Shown: positions 1-13,084, counted from the stretch's first letter. The stretch is 64,000 bases of DNA from Octopus vulgaris (GCA_951406725.2 OX597814.1:50530001-50594000); one strand, 5' to 3'. Notes: generated from the sequence alone by a model not told the origin. Numbers and translations: made by a program.

Positions 1-512
1 CAATGCAAAATATCAGCTACTGGGAAAGACTGAAGGTATTAAACCTCTTCTCCCTAGAGCGGAGGCGAGAGAGATATGCAGTGATATACATCTGGAAAAT
101 CCTGGAGGGTCTTGTCCCAAACTTTGGCATTAAAAGTTACTCCAACCGCAGAACGGGGCGCCGCTGCGTGGTGCCAAGGATTCCAACATCACCATCAAAA
201 TACAGGTCCAGATACTGCAACAGCTTGGGTTTCAGGGGACCACAGCTCTTTAACATCCTCCCTAAATGCCTGAGAGACTTACATGGTGTGGATGTGGGTT
301 TCTTTAAAACTAAACTGGATCTCTTCTTGTTGGGAGTCCCAGATGAACCTACCTCACGACAGGAGACGCGGATGCGGGCAGCAGCATCGAACTCCCTTGT
401 TGATCAAGTGCCACGTATCAGAGGTGGATTCACAAACTAGTGTAGCTCATTCAGCGGTGGTGCCCCAGCATGGCCGCGGCCTTCGGGCTAAAACATTTTT
501 AAGGATTTAAGG

Positions 513-516
<4 letters not shown>
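1..516 (+). mobile_element. 3' end of a CR1/Jockey-like LINE (RT C-terminus, 3' UTR, short tandem tail)
   Basis: Open ORF 3-440 (YWERLKVLNLFSLERRRERYAVIYIWKIL...FNILP...FKTKLDLFL) typical of non-LTR RT C-termini; 3' UTR ends in (TAAGGATT)x2 abutting (TA)n. Confidence 0.85.
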
Positions 517-561
<45 letters not shown>

Positions 562-594
562 CATATATATTATATGTGTGCATATATATATATA

Positions 595-1240
595 CAGTGA
601 ATAACCTGTCGTCTAAATTACGCAAAAATTAAAATAACATTGACATCTCATTATAACAGATATATTTACCAAAATTATATTAAAATATCTTGAAATACTA
701 AAGAGTAAATTTATTCCATGAAATCACCATTGTCTTCAACCACGGTCTCCATACGACTTCGGAATCTCCTGCAACTCTTCTTGACGGTCTCCTTGTTTAA
801 GTTGGTGAATGCTGCCATAATCCTTGCCTTCAGTTCTTCTTTGGTGTTACAAGGTGTTTTGCTGGTGACTCGCCCAACTGCGCTCCACACATAATAATCA
901 AGTGGGTAGCAGTCTGGAGAGTTAGGTGACCAGATATTACAGTGATGCGGTCGCAGAAATGTCTTAGCCATGACTGGGATCTCCTCTTTGTGCAGCCTGG
1001 TGCAGAGTCTTGCTGCCAGACATAGTGTCTTCCAGCAGCCTCCCTCTTGACCCCGGGCAGCACCACCTCCTCCAGGCACTTGGTGTAGGCCTCCGTGGTG
1101 AATCTAAAGCCGTGTATGTAGATAAATGGATGGAGGCATAGTGTCGCCATCACTAGGGATCACTCCAATTACAAGGATGATGACTGTATGTTTTATGTTT
1201 ATCACTCTCAGTACATGTTTTGGGGACACGGCAAAACATG
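595..1240 (-). mobile_element. Tc1/mariner-superfamily transposase remnant (C-terminal catalytic part)
   Basis: Frameshifted motifs YVWQQDSAP and WSPNSPDCYPLDYYVWS...CRRFRSRMETVVEDNGDFME; TA-CAG terminus at 593-597. Confidence 0.8.
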
Positions 1241-1424
1241 TAAAAATCTGAAAATTGGTTATATTGATGCAATTTTCCACGCTTATTCATGTAAAGCCAT
1301 GAACTTGTGGAGGAAAAATTTGACGTAAAAGTTTCAAATGTTTAAAAATCGATAAAACTGTGTATTTTTAGCCAAAATGTGACAGAAATTTTCTGCGTTG
1401 TAGCGGGATCAACCAAAGGTTGTA

Positions 1425-1720
1425 CAAGAATGTCGTATGCACTCTTCCAGTGTGGCGCGATTTCGGCTGGGGACAACGCAAAGAAAAACTTTTCTGGTTT
1501 CGTAACACACTCCGCCGAAGATGCACTCCTCAAGTGCTCGGTTTTATTTGCGTCGGCTATATTTCCTCTGTTATATTTCACCTATTTCAACAGTCTTCCC
1601 TGGACCACCTACCCGAACTCAGTTGCGGAGTAAGTCCTGCGCACACATCTCATAATTGTCGTAATCAATGGCCGTGGAACGGAACATTTCCAGTTCTTCC
1701 CTACAAAAACGGACTGTGGT
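1425..1720 (-). mobile_element. Merlin (IS1595/ISXO2-like) transposase remnant
   Basis: One minus frame with stops reads VGGPGKTVEIGEI*QRKYSRRK*NR...IFGGVCYETRKVFLCVVPSRNRATLEECIRH, matching the GGPGKTVEIDES..RKYNRG..WVFGG signature. Confidence 0.7.
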
Positions 1721-1794
1721 TAATTCCTTTACCCATGAGTATAGAAATAACAATATAGTCCTAAGAGGAAAGATGCTGCCTTCCAGAGAAAAAT

Positions 1795-2045
1795 AAAAAT
1801 AACAAACAAACGAACGTGTGGACGTAGTACAAGCAATGTATAAATAATATGTTCAGAGAAGGAAAAGAGTAGTAGTTTTACATTTTGGGCATAACTCTAC
1901 TTCGGAAACAGGAAAAATAGGAAAGTCCAAAATGAAGGAGGAAAGAAAACCGCCAACAGTCACGCGCGATTACATTTTTGAAGTGACCGAAAGTAGAAAG
2001 ACTGAAGAGAAATTGCTTTCTGGGACAGGAAAGTGTGAAACGGGT
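1795..2045 (-). mobile_element. Degraded copy of the PLE pLTR-like repeat family seen at 20556-20968
   Basis: Reverse complement aligns by eye with the 20.6-kb unit (gttggcggttttctttcctcc...tgtttccgaagtagag...cttgtactacgtcc). Confidence 0.55.
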
Positions 2046-2125
2046 CAGTTTGTGTGTGTGTGCGTGTGTGGTAGCGCGTGTATGTATAGTAGCCTGTGTG
2101 TTGCAGTAACTGCGTCTATGTATGT

Positions 2126-2169
<44 letters not shown>

Positions 2170-2349
2170 TAGCGTGTCTATGTGTGTATGTGTGGTAGCG
2201 CGTGTATGTATAGTAGCGTGTCTATGGCAGTATCTGCGTGTATGTATGTGTGCGCGGTAGCATGTGTGCGTGTGGTAGTAACTGTGTGTGCGTATGTGGT
2301 GTGTGTGTGTGTGATATTATCTCTATGTCTGTGTTGTGTGTGTGCGTAA

Positions 2350-2380
<31 letters not shown>

Positions 2381-2557
2381 AACTCACTCTGAGAGAGCAG
2401 CTATAGTGACAGGTGTGTAAATGAGTGGGTGTGACAGTGTGTGTGTAGATCGAAGGGTCAGTATTGAGTCACAAGCAGAGGCAGTTTGAAGAGGGTGTTA
2501 GAATGGGTGGGTGTGGCTGTATGAACGGATGGGTGTGGCTGTGTGAATGGGTGGGTA

Positions 2558-2617
<60 letters not shown>

Positions 2618-3088
2618 GTATACACACACACACTAACACATACACATACAAGCATGCGATCGAGATATAGTGTTTCGTTTCTCTAACGATTTTGTAAGAG
2701 TTCAAAATAAATTTTAAGAGAAAAATATCTCTTAAAAATCAGGTTTTTCCTGTACAGAGATTGTAAGAAATGAAGGGAGGTCGGACAAAACGCAATGTTT
2801 AATAAAATGAAGATTGCTTCGATTTGTAAAATTGCCCAACATTATGTCGGGGAAGGAAAATAGTATGGAAGCAAACCATTTTATTTGTTCGTCAATAAAG
2901 ACGGCCCCAGCAAAACTGTTTACTAATATCTCATGTAGGAACTGGAATTTGTCAGATTGAAAACTGCTGTGTTAGAGAATACTTGATTTTAGTGTAAAAA
3001 TTAGTAAATATATACGTTGCATATTAATTCATGTTGAATACTTGATCAATTGATTGAAGTGATCATTATGTATGTATGTACGCTGGTT

Positions 3089-3119
<31 letters not shown>

Positions 3120-3939
3120 ATGTATGTATGTATGTATGTATGTATGTATGTATGTATGTGTGTGTGTATGTATGCGTGTGTATATATGTGCGTGTGTATG
3201 TGTGTGTGTGTGTGTGAATGTGTGGACACACATAAAAGGGAGAGCAAAGCAGTGTCTGTGATGGAGAAATATTTAAGGGTTTGGGCCTCCAGGCCGACAT
3301 CAACTCACTCAATTCGATTGTTTGTAATTCAGGGCAAGTATTTCATAGACGACGGACTTGTTTTGTGGGCCGCTTCGAGCAATTTTTGACTTAATGTAAT
3401 TCTAGAAGTTCACTGTGTCATTGTCATTAAAATTCACAGAGAGATTGCTTGAATTTGTGCTTTAATTTGCTATTATTTTTTATTATTTTTGCTGTTTTTT
3501 TTTTTAGTTTGTGATTAAAGTCTAAATAACTTAGTATAATGAAGAGCGAATAATCTGGTATGTACATGATCTCTCGACCAGCTAAAAATGGCAACCAAAT
3601 CACTCTTAATTCATACTATACCGTATTTAAAATAAGGGAAAGGTCAATGAGGAAATGTGGCCTGGCATAAACTGTCTCAAACGAACTCCATGATAAGTAG
3701 ATTGGGTTTTGATCAAAATTGTTACTCGATCAGAGTTTCCCTGGTGATAAACTACATTTACATCATCAACGACAATGACGACGTAAAGTTACCAAATTAA
3801 CATTCTAATGAACTCAAATATTTCTTTTAAAAGATTTAAATCAATGCTTGAACCCGTAGAGATTCTCACCAGAAAAAAAAAAGGGACCAAGAAACTGTAA
3901 TGATATGAAGAAAAATTTTCTCATTTAACATTCTGTTGG

Positions 3940-4176
3940 AAGGCGGCGAGCTGGCAGAAACGTTAGCACGTCGGGCGAAATGCCGAGCGGTATTTCGTCT
4001 GCCGTTACGTTCTGAGTTCAAATTCCGCCGAGGTCGAGTTTACCTTTCATCCTTTCGGGGTCGATAAATTAAGTACCAGTTACGCACTGGAGTCGATATA
4101 ATCGACTTAATCCGTTTGTCTGTCCTTGTTTGTCTCCTCTGTGTTTAGCCCCTTGTGGGTAGTAAAGAAAAAAAAA
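3940..4176 (+). mobile_element. tRNA-headed SINE family A, tail type 1
   Basis: Box A-like GGCGAGCTGGCAGAA, box B GAGTTCAAATTCC, Nin/Deu-like core CCTTTCATCCTTTCGGGGTCGATAAATTAAGTACC, A-rich end; many copies in window. Confidence 0.9.
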
Positions 4177-4177
4177 T

Positions 4178-4348
4178 GTATTTCGTCTGCCGTTACGTTC
4201 TGAGTTCAAATTCCGCCGAGGACGACTTTGCCTTTCATCCTTTCGGGGTCGATAAATTAAGTACTAGTTGCGTACTGGTTCGATCTAATCGACTAGCCCC
4301 CTTCCCAAAAATTTTGAGCCTTGTGCCTAGAGTAGAAAAGAAAAGAAT
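4178..4348 (+). mobile_element. SINE family A, 5'-truncated, tail type 2
   Basis: Same core, different tail (...GCCTTGTGCCTAGAGTAGAAAAGAA); directly tandem to the previous copy. Confidence 0.85.
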
Positions 4349-4791
4349 ATTCGCATGTGATTCAATGGAAAGTAACTGAGAAATCCATACCTTATGTGAA
4401 TGGATCGAATAAACGCAGACTTTGTTTGGCTGAAAGAGCGCAGATCCTATCCATATCTAAGTCCTTAGCACTCTATTGAACTCGAGATCAAAAATTTTCA
4501 TTGGTTGCATGCATATGTATAAATAGTCTGAAGAATTGGAAAATTCCACCTATTCCTGATTGACTTGGCACCTTTCTAGCCTTATCATTTAAGGTCTTAG
4601 GAGGATAGCTCATTTACCTTATTACTTTTTACTTTTATTTTTGACATTTTAGTTTCTGTTTTTCGTTTTCCGTTTTCCGTTTTTTTTGGTTTTCCGTTGT
4701 TTACTGTCTGCGTTTTCTATATGCTACCGTATCAGTTTTTATGCGTTTCTTCTATTATTCAATTTCCTGAGTTCGTTATGATATGTGGTTT

Positions 4792-4844
4792 GCGCCTGAA
4801 GAATATGTTTGAGTTTTCTCAACACATGAAACTGTTAGTTGCGC
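4792..4844 (+). ncRNA. Type I hammerhead ribozyme motif
   Basis: GCGC-CTGAAGA-stem II (ATGT TTGAG tttt CTCAA c ACAT)-GAAA-CT gtt AG-T-T-GCGC; AATAAA follows, as in PLE pLTRs. Confidence 0.7.
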
Positions 4845-5243
4845 TTTAATGCATGCATTTTGACCTTTCAATAAATAATGTTTATCTCTCACCAAATAGA
4901 GTACTTTTTTATTGAATTTTCTATCACGAATCAGTTCATGTATGTATGTATGTATGCATGCATGTATGGTATATAAAAGTACGTATGTATGTATGTATAT
5001 ATTTAAAATTAGATATAGGATAAAATCTATATAAGAATTTATTAATCAGTCAGCGTGAAAACCATATAAGGGGAAAATTTATAATTATTCCCTTTAAATA
5101 CATTTATTATATTAAGAGCAGTGCAACACATAAATACCTCACGTTATGAAGGACTCTTAAAGTCAAAACTACCATAATAAATATACAATGCACCGACAGC
5201 GAGGGAATGCAACTTGGAAGCCATCCCTTAAAAACGGATTCAG

Positions 5244-5303
5244 CCGCAAATCATATGATTTCAAAGTTAGTGTACATAATGCACTTTCTAATCGTCAGTG
5301 CAG
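5244..5303 (-). ncRNA. Type I hammerhead ribozyme motif
   Basis: CTGCA-CTGACGA-stem II-GAA-ATCATATGAT (perfect palindromic stem III)-T-TGCGG. Confidence 0.7.
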
Positions 5304-5367
5304 ACATAATCAAAACACATAAAAATGAACAACATCCAAATTTCGTCTGGTATGTTGAATTTTGTTC

Positions 5368-5423
<56 letters not shown>

Positions 5424-6052
5424 GTATTGCATGGTCGAACACTTCTCAGTAAAATTATTTATAAGTATTTATTCATGTTTGCATCGTCGCTGCTCATTAT
5501 TGATGCACCTAGTTACAGGCATTTGACCATTATTTTTCCGTGTAAACGTACATGATCATGTTTTTCACACTGCTGGATAACCTTTCTATTCTTCATTTTT
5601 TTTATATCTATGTGCATTGACTCTTCCTGATATATGTAAACGTCCAGGTACAAGCTATAAACCTTTCAAAATTTGTCGATGCTAAGGTCATCATTACCCA
5701 CTCGCAGAATCTAAGTTCCGGTGAAGCTTTTACTGTCTCTCTGTTTTTGTTTTGTATGGGATCTATATATATATATATGTACTGTTTGTTATTGCTATCT
5801 TCATTATCTCCAGTATCTCCCCCAATATGGATGCCATCACAATAACCGCAATGTCTACAACTTTTTTAACCAATTACACAACCTTCAACAACCGGCATGA
5901 CTATCATTCTGTTCTGCGTGTATCTGCCCATGTATCTAGAACTGTGATCACAATCCATATCTACTTCCTGATGTGCTTTTCGGCGAAGCAGAATACACAT
6001 TTTCTTGGATTCGCTGTTCTTGATATATACGGACATAAGATCAAACAGAAAA

Positions 6053-6203
<151 letters not shown>

Positions 6204-6222
6204 CTTGTATATCCGCTTGGCT

Positions 6223-6276
6223 ATGGAGGAAACTTACAGTGGTAACGAAACGGGATCAACAGAAAAATATGGACAT
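6223..6276 (+). CDS. Candidate first coding exon ([18 protein letters not shown]), unknown product
   Basis: gctATGG Kozak context, 18 codons, then GTATGT donor in phase 0; non-repetitive island; no recognised homology. Confidence 0.2.
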
Positions 6277-6288
6277 GTATGTTTATAC

Positions 6289-6345
<57 letters not shown>

Positions 6346-6390
6346 CATACATACATACATATATATATATATATAATATATATATTATAT

Positions 6391-6439
<49 letters not shown>

Positions 6440-7298
6440 CATTTATAGTAAATGAAAATACATTGAATACTACAAAATGTGTACATAGGACTGATACAAG
6501 GACCAAAATCCTTCCAGTTATCGACCCAAAATACCCAGTTTCGTGCCTGTATATATATATATGTGTGTGTGTGTGTATGTGTGCGTGTGTGTGTTTATAT
6601 ATATATATATACCTATCTATAAACATATACATAAAGATAAAGATAAATAAATGCACATATACACAACATACGTACATACATGCATACATATACAGATCCA
6701 TACATGCGTAGATACATACACATATACATACATACATACATACATACATACATACATACATACATACATACATACATACATACATACATACATACATACA
6801 TGCATACATGCATACATAGTAAAACCCAGTATCTATGCGTGTGCAAATAAGAAGACGCAGAAAATCTCCAAGAAAAATAAATCGATTTATTTAGCAGGAT
6901 ACTGAATGTATATGGAAATTCTATTTGTTTACGATTTCGTCTTCAAAGCTTGGCTACATCAACTTCCTTTCAGTTTCCGATAGACCTACTGCGACAGTCT
7001 TTTTAACGAGCTAAAACTAAATTCCAAAGGTCTATGTATTTTGACACATAACTTCAACTACTCTACGTGTTGTCAGTGCTGTTACCGCTTTCTACCGAAT
7101 AAACTATTTTTCTGGAGGTTGTTTGTTGTTGTTTTTTTTTTCTGGTTTTCTTCATTTTTTTTTTTTTTATATTCTTCCTCTCTTTCTTTCTCGGTCTTTT
7201 CTTTTCTTTCTTACTCTTCCTCGTTATTTCTGTTGCCACCTCTTTCTCCGTCTCTTTTTCTTTTCCAACTTAACTTTTCTCTCTCTGTTATTTCCAAG

Positions 7299-7385
7299 GG
7301 TGTTTCGCAGACCTCTCATGGTAATAGTCAACATGAACATGTCCCTGAAAAATATCGTTACAACAGTAACCGTTTTCAAAGAAAC
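7299..7385 (+). CDS. Candidate internal exon ([29 protein letters not shown]), unknown product
   Basis: Long polypyrimidine tract plus AG, 87 bp open phase 0-0, GTATGT donor; alternative in-frame CAG acceptor ending at 7310. Confidence 0.3.
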
Positions 7386-7388
7386 GTA

Positions 7389-7448
<60 letters not shown>

Positions 7449-7547
7449 TATATACATATATATGCTTATATATTCATATATATGTATATATGTATGCTTG
7501 TATATTTATGTGTATATGAGCATGTGTGGTGTATGCACACACAAAAG

Positions 7548-7611
<64 letters not shown>

Positions 7612-7713
7612 TCATATATATGTATATATGTATGCTTGTATATTTATGTGTATATGAGCATGTGTGATGTATACACACACAAAATCATATATTATATACA
7701 TATATATATATAT

Positions 7714-7744
<31 letters not shown>

Positions 7745-8271
7745 CATATATATACAGACAGACAGACAGACAGACAGATAGACATATATATGCAAAATGC
7801 AATATATAGAGATATGAATAGATACAGAAATATGTGTATGTATCTAATGATTTAAGTACATATGTATGGATATTTGTATACGAATGCGTGCGTGTGAGCG
7901 TTTGTGTGTGTGCTATGATATATTTTATATCAGTAAACACGGAGGCTAGTCGGCCCGGGAGCGGGTGCGTTTTGTGTAACAAACACTCGCAAATATATGC
8001 GGGCGCATGCACACACACACATACACACAGCTCGTTCGCACACGCACCACGCACCACGCACATGTAGGAAAAAACATACTAGTAGACATAGATATACAAC
8101 ATGCATGTAGAATACAGCAGAAATTGCGCGTAAATAACAGACACACATGTTCCCTTACATGTGATTACACATATTCGACAAATGCCAGCACCAATTTGCA
8201 CGTATGCATACGCAGACAATATATATTTTTCGTATACCTAATGCAAGTGCAGAACTGGTTGAATGCAACAA

Positions 8272-8485
8272 TATTCTTTTCTACTCTGAGCACAAGGCCC
8301 GAAACTTTGAGGATGGAGGCCAGTCTATTAGGTTCACCCTGGTACACAACTGGTACTTAATTTATCGACCCCGAAAGGATAAAAGGCAAAGTCGACCTCG
8401 GTGGAATTTGAACTCAGAATATAAAGACAGACGAACGTAAAGAAAGACAGACGGCATGCTAACGTTTCTGCCAGCTCGCCGCCTT
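8272..8485 (-). mobile_element. SINE family A, tail type 2
   Basis: Reverse complement of head, core and type 2 tail. Confidence 0.85.
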
Positions 8486-10231
8486 AAAATAAATATATAT
8501 CACGATTTCTTCTTTCTCTTCAAGGTCAGTGATACGGTAAAAAATAAAAATGGTATTCAGCCATATTGCACTAGTTTTGTTGAATAATTGAGGCAAAGGT
8601 GGGTTAGAAATGGTTATGGTGGAGGTCGTGATTTGGGGAATCTTTTCCATCTAATTCTCGATGCTACTGGATTTTTTCGCCCTAATATTTTTATAACATT
8701 CGTAATTGTAACAATCAACATTAGCACATGCATGACTACCACCATAAACATTCCTCACAGCCAACACCACTTCTGCTGCTCAATTCAATTACCACTACAT
8801 CACCCGCGCCATCACATAACTTTTACCATCATCGCTACCGCTGCCATTGCTCCCACCCCAGTCTTCGTCGTCGTCGTCGTCGTCGTCATTGCCATCAGCA
8901 CTACTACCATAATTCCCGTATTCTTCAGCACTATCATCATCAGCAGCAGCTGCACAACCAGGAAGACAAACACCACTCATCCATAACCACTACCTCCAAT
9001 GCCGTCATCAATAATAAAAGAACACCGCCGCCATCTCTTCCACCACTTTATATCAGTAAGCATTAAGACACGTCTGCTCTTGGTGGGGGGTGCGCTCTGT
9101 GTAAGATAGAGTTGCGACCGGCAGCAGTCGCTGACCTGACAAGCGCCGCCTCTGCAGCGAACCCCAAAGGAGAAAGCAGTTTATATGTTGAACTATGCTT
9201 CATGCATATACAAGCAAGAAATGGCAGAACATTATGATGTTTGTTGTTATTTCCTTTTACTTTTATAACATTTCTTCCCAACCAGCAACCCACACCAAAC
9301 TTTTAGTTCTCTCCACGTCAGTTTATCGATATTTTGTTTCATTATAGTATATTTTTTTCTTTCTTACTGTTGTTTTAGCTTCTTTGCCATCTTAAGAATA
9401 CATTTTTTGAAGAATCTTCCTGCTTATATGTTTTTCATATGAAAGTATGCTAACGTGTATCATATACTTTTTCTTCTCATTTTTTTTTTCTTTTTCTTTT
9501 CCTTATTTTTTAAATTCCTCAAACAAAGACACAAAGCATCTTCACTGGAATCTAGGTGAAAACAATTGTGAAGAATCACATACCAAACTTTGAAGAAATC
9601 TTGCATATTTTCAATATCCCGCTTAGTAAGCAAGTTGGAAGATCTGACATAAAATATCTACTATCTCTATTCGAAATCAGCAACTTTTCATCGAAACAAA
9701 TAAGGAAATATTATTGGAATTATTAGAAATTAGCGACAAGCTACAATAGCAATTGTACTAAATTTTCGCTGATTTTGTAAAAATACAATGATACTAAATT
9801 AAAGTGAATTGATTTGTGTGTGTGTGTGTGTTTGTGTGTTTCTTCTGTCAAAGAAGAGTGCAGAGCTCATAGCATAATCACCCCATAATGGTGAAACTGA
9901 TACGTACTTGAAAATCTGTTAACTGATGCCTATAGTTAAAGTATAGACAAGACAAAGGTTGCTGAGAGTTTAAGATAAAATATTGTTTAGTGTTAATACA
10001 CCCTAAAAATTATGGGAGAAATGAAGTGGTTACATGTAGTGCACTGACTCAAAAATGCTAGTTCAGAAGAAAAATGCATCTCACTAACTGCAGGAAAGAC
10101 AAAAAGAGGAAATAGTGTGTGTGGCTTTAGTAGTTGTAGCAAGTAGATGAGTGAAGTTTTACTAATCACTTAAAATAGCAATTTTTACTTGCTGTCTGAA
10201 ATGTTCTTCTGTATAACAATTACCCTCTCTC

Positions 10232-10282
<51 letters not shown>

Positions 10283-11363
10283 CTATGTGTAACTGACGTG
10301 AGTCTCTCTTCTACCTAAAAGATAGTCAGCAACTGATCATTGCTGAAGTATTTAGTATGCATAGAAATGCTAGAATTAACAGAATAAACTGGTATCTGTT
10401 TTAATGGCATAGAGGAATGAAAAATTTAAGCTGGGTTTGAACTCAGATGGTAAAAATAAAACTCAGTACTATTAGCAATTCAGCTCTGTGCCTTGTTATA
10501 CTACTGTCTTAAAATAGCAAAATACGGTGCTGGCAATTGGTAATGGTGTGTATGAGGTGGAGAAGAGAATATAGAAGAACTCGATGTGGGATTTATTAAG
10601 TATATAGAAACGAAATTCTGAAGTTCTCATACAAATCTTATTAAGAGAGTTGAAAGAAAAGTGTGGCATGTAACATACTGAATTACACCCAAACCACCAA
10701 TAAAATATTTATACCTCCATGCCCGTCATAAACTGTCAAGACAACTATGTCAGCTTCTACGTGAATATCTACCAAACACTTGTGTCCATCCTCCCGAGTT
10801 TTTCTCCAACCTTACATCATAAAATTCTTCCTAGCGATTTGTGAGATAGATAAATACTTATGCTCATTGTGAGTTTAGAATTGTAGTGCCAATGCAAATA
10901 AATAATGATGCTATATGGCTTCGATAATGTACATAGGTAGATTCTGTTTCAGGGTCCAAATAAATTGAAGCAGCTTCAAATACATTTCTGATAATGTATT
11001 TCTACTTATACAAAACATGGTATTAGAAGAACTTAGTATGAAGTGATTAGGTCTGATCAAGAAATGTTCCACTTCACTGGTGAGATAATGCAGTCTCGAG
11101 ACAAATGGAGAGATGCTGTGCTGCGCTGCCGAACGTTCTAACTGGTGACTACTACTGAAACATGAATACTGAAATTATGCAGAAAATCAGTTCCTTATTT
11201 AACTACCTAAGTAACCCAATCAGCTTTATTTTGTATAAAATAGCCTAAACAGATATTTTGTGGTATGAAATCTTGGCATTATGTATCTGTGATATTCTCT
11301 TGTCTTGTTGATTTGGCTAAGATCAACCTAAACCTGTCTTTTATTCAAAGAGTATCTACGACT

Positions 11364-11598
11364 CCTATTTCTTTACTACCCACAAGGGGCTAAACACAGA
11401 GAGGACAAACAAGGACAGACAAAGGGATTAAGTCGATTACATCAACCCCAGTGCGTAACTGGTACTTAATTTATCGACACCGAAAGGATGAAAGGCAAAG
11501 TCGACCTCGGCGGAATTTGAACTCAGAACGTAAAGGCAGACGAAATACGGCTACGCATTTCGCCTAGCGTGCTAACGTTTCTGCCAGCTCGCCGCCTT
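11364..11598 (-). mobile_element. SINE family A, tail type 1
   Basis: Near-identical reverse complement of 3940-4176. Confidence 0.9.
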
Positions 11599-12821
11599 CA
11601 TCATCCAATATATCATAATTTTTTAAGACGTTTAGGATCTGATGGAGATGTACTTGTCATTTCAAGCGGATTGAGCAGCATTGTATACACTTTTATCTAT
11701 TCGTTTTTCGTTACTTTGACTTTTCTACTCTTATGCAAGCTTCCATTATCCTAAAACAACAAAGTTATATCCACTTAGATAAGATATTCTGACTAATTAA
11801 AAAGTAATTTTATTTCTAGATTCTTTACACTGATTTACTAACGTTTACAACTTTGTTAAAGCGAAATTCCTAACATAGACTATAAAGAAATTTTGTTATT
11901 TCTATATGTTTTACTCCGAATGTTGATTAATAGCTACAAGCTATACTGACAACAATTGTTAGGTGCATATCTGGAACTATAAGGGTTAATTAGCAGTAGG
12001 TTCTATAAATATAGCATGTATGTTTGGTTTTTTTGTCTTGCTTTTTTGCTTTCATAGGGCGTCAGGTTGGCCGAATCATTAGAGACGGAAAAATTACTTT
12101 GCTGAGGTCAACTCTGCTTGGAAGTAACAGTAAACAATATGAATAAAGTCTTCTTATAACTAGGACAGCAAGAAAAAATAAATACAAATTTGCAATACTT
12201 TTTGTGCATTGATTTAAAAATACTGTTATAATACTCCATTAGAAATATAGCAAATTCACTAGAGGAAGAAAACCTCTGTTGTGACCCTACCCATAGCGCT
12301 CTAAGCAAGTGTTATATTGTTAAATGGTTAATCCGGGGCTGAAAATTTATATATAGAAATACAAAAACACACTCACATTCACATGTGTGTGTGTTTGTGG
12401 AGGGCGTGTGTGTGAGTTTGTGTAGGTGTGCGTATGTGGAGGCGCGTGTGCCTGTACATACACACATATGTACGAGTTACATACGTATTTTTTATGTTTG
12501 AAAATTTGTGAATATAATTTTCATATATGCAGATTTATGTTCGCCTGTATTTACGTGTCTATATAGCCAAATATTATATGTGTGTGTGTGTTTATACATT
12601 TCATATATATGCATATATATATATATATACATATAGCCACACATACACACATATATATGTATATATATATACATATATATATATATATGTATATATATAC
12701 ATACACACACACACACACACATATATATGCACAAATATATGCATAAATACATATATTTGTCTATGTATATATGTATATATTATAAAGGAATAATTACAAT
12801 GAAGCATTGTGTAGAATATAT

Positions 12822-13084
12822 TGTATAAAGGATTGTGGGTAAGGCAAAAACAATGCGAAGTAAATGCAAGGTAAATCACAAGAAAACAAAGATATGAATT
12901 AATGTAGACTTACCTTGTATTCAATATTTCGGGGTTATGACCCCTTAACCCCATTTTTCAAGGGGTCATAACCCCGAAATATTGAATACAAGGTAAGTCT
13001 ACATTAATTCACATATTTGTTTCCTTGTGATTTACCTTGCATTTACTTCGCATTGTTTTTGCCTTACCCGCGATCCTTTATACA
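12822..13084. repeat. Long palindrome (125-bp arms, 13-bp spacer), inverted pLTR-like pair
   Basis: Arms 12822-12946 and 12960-13084 are near-perfect reverse complements; each starts with HHR-like stem II GGGGTCATAACCCC-GAAA and carries AGGTAAGT. Confidence 0.9.

Noticed and set aside
9065-9190. GC-rich island with short ORFs
   Set aside because: No splice signals or recognisable motif; cannot be assigned
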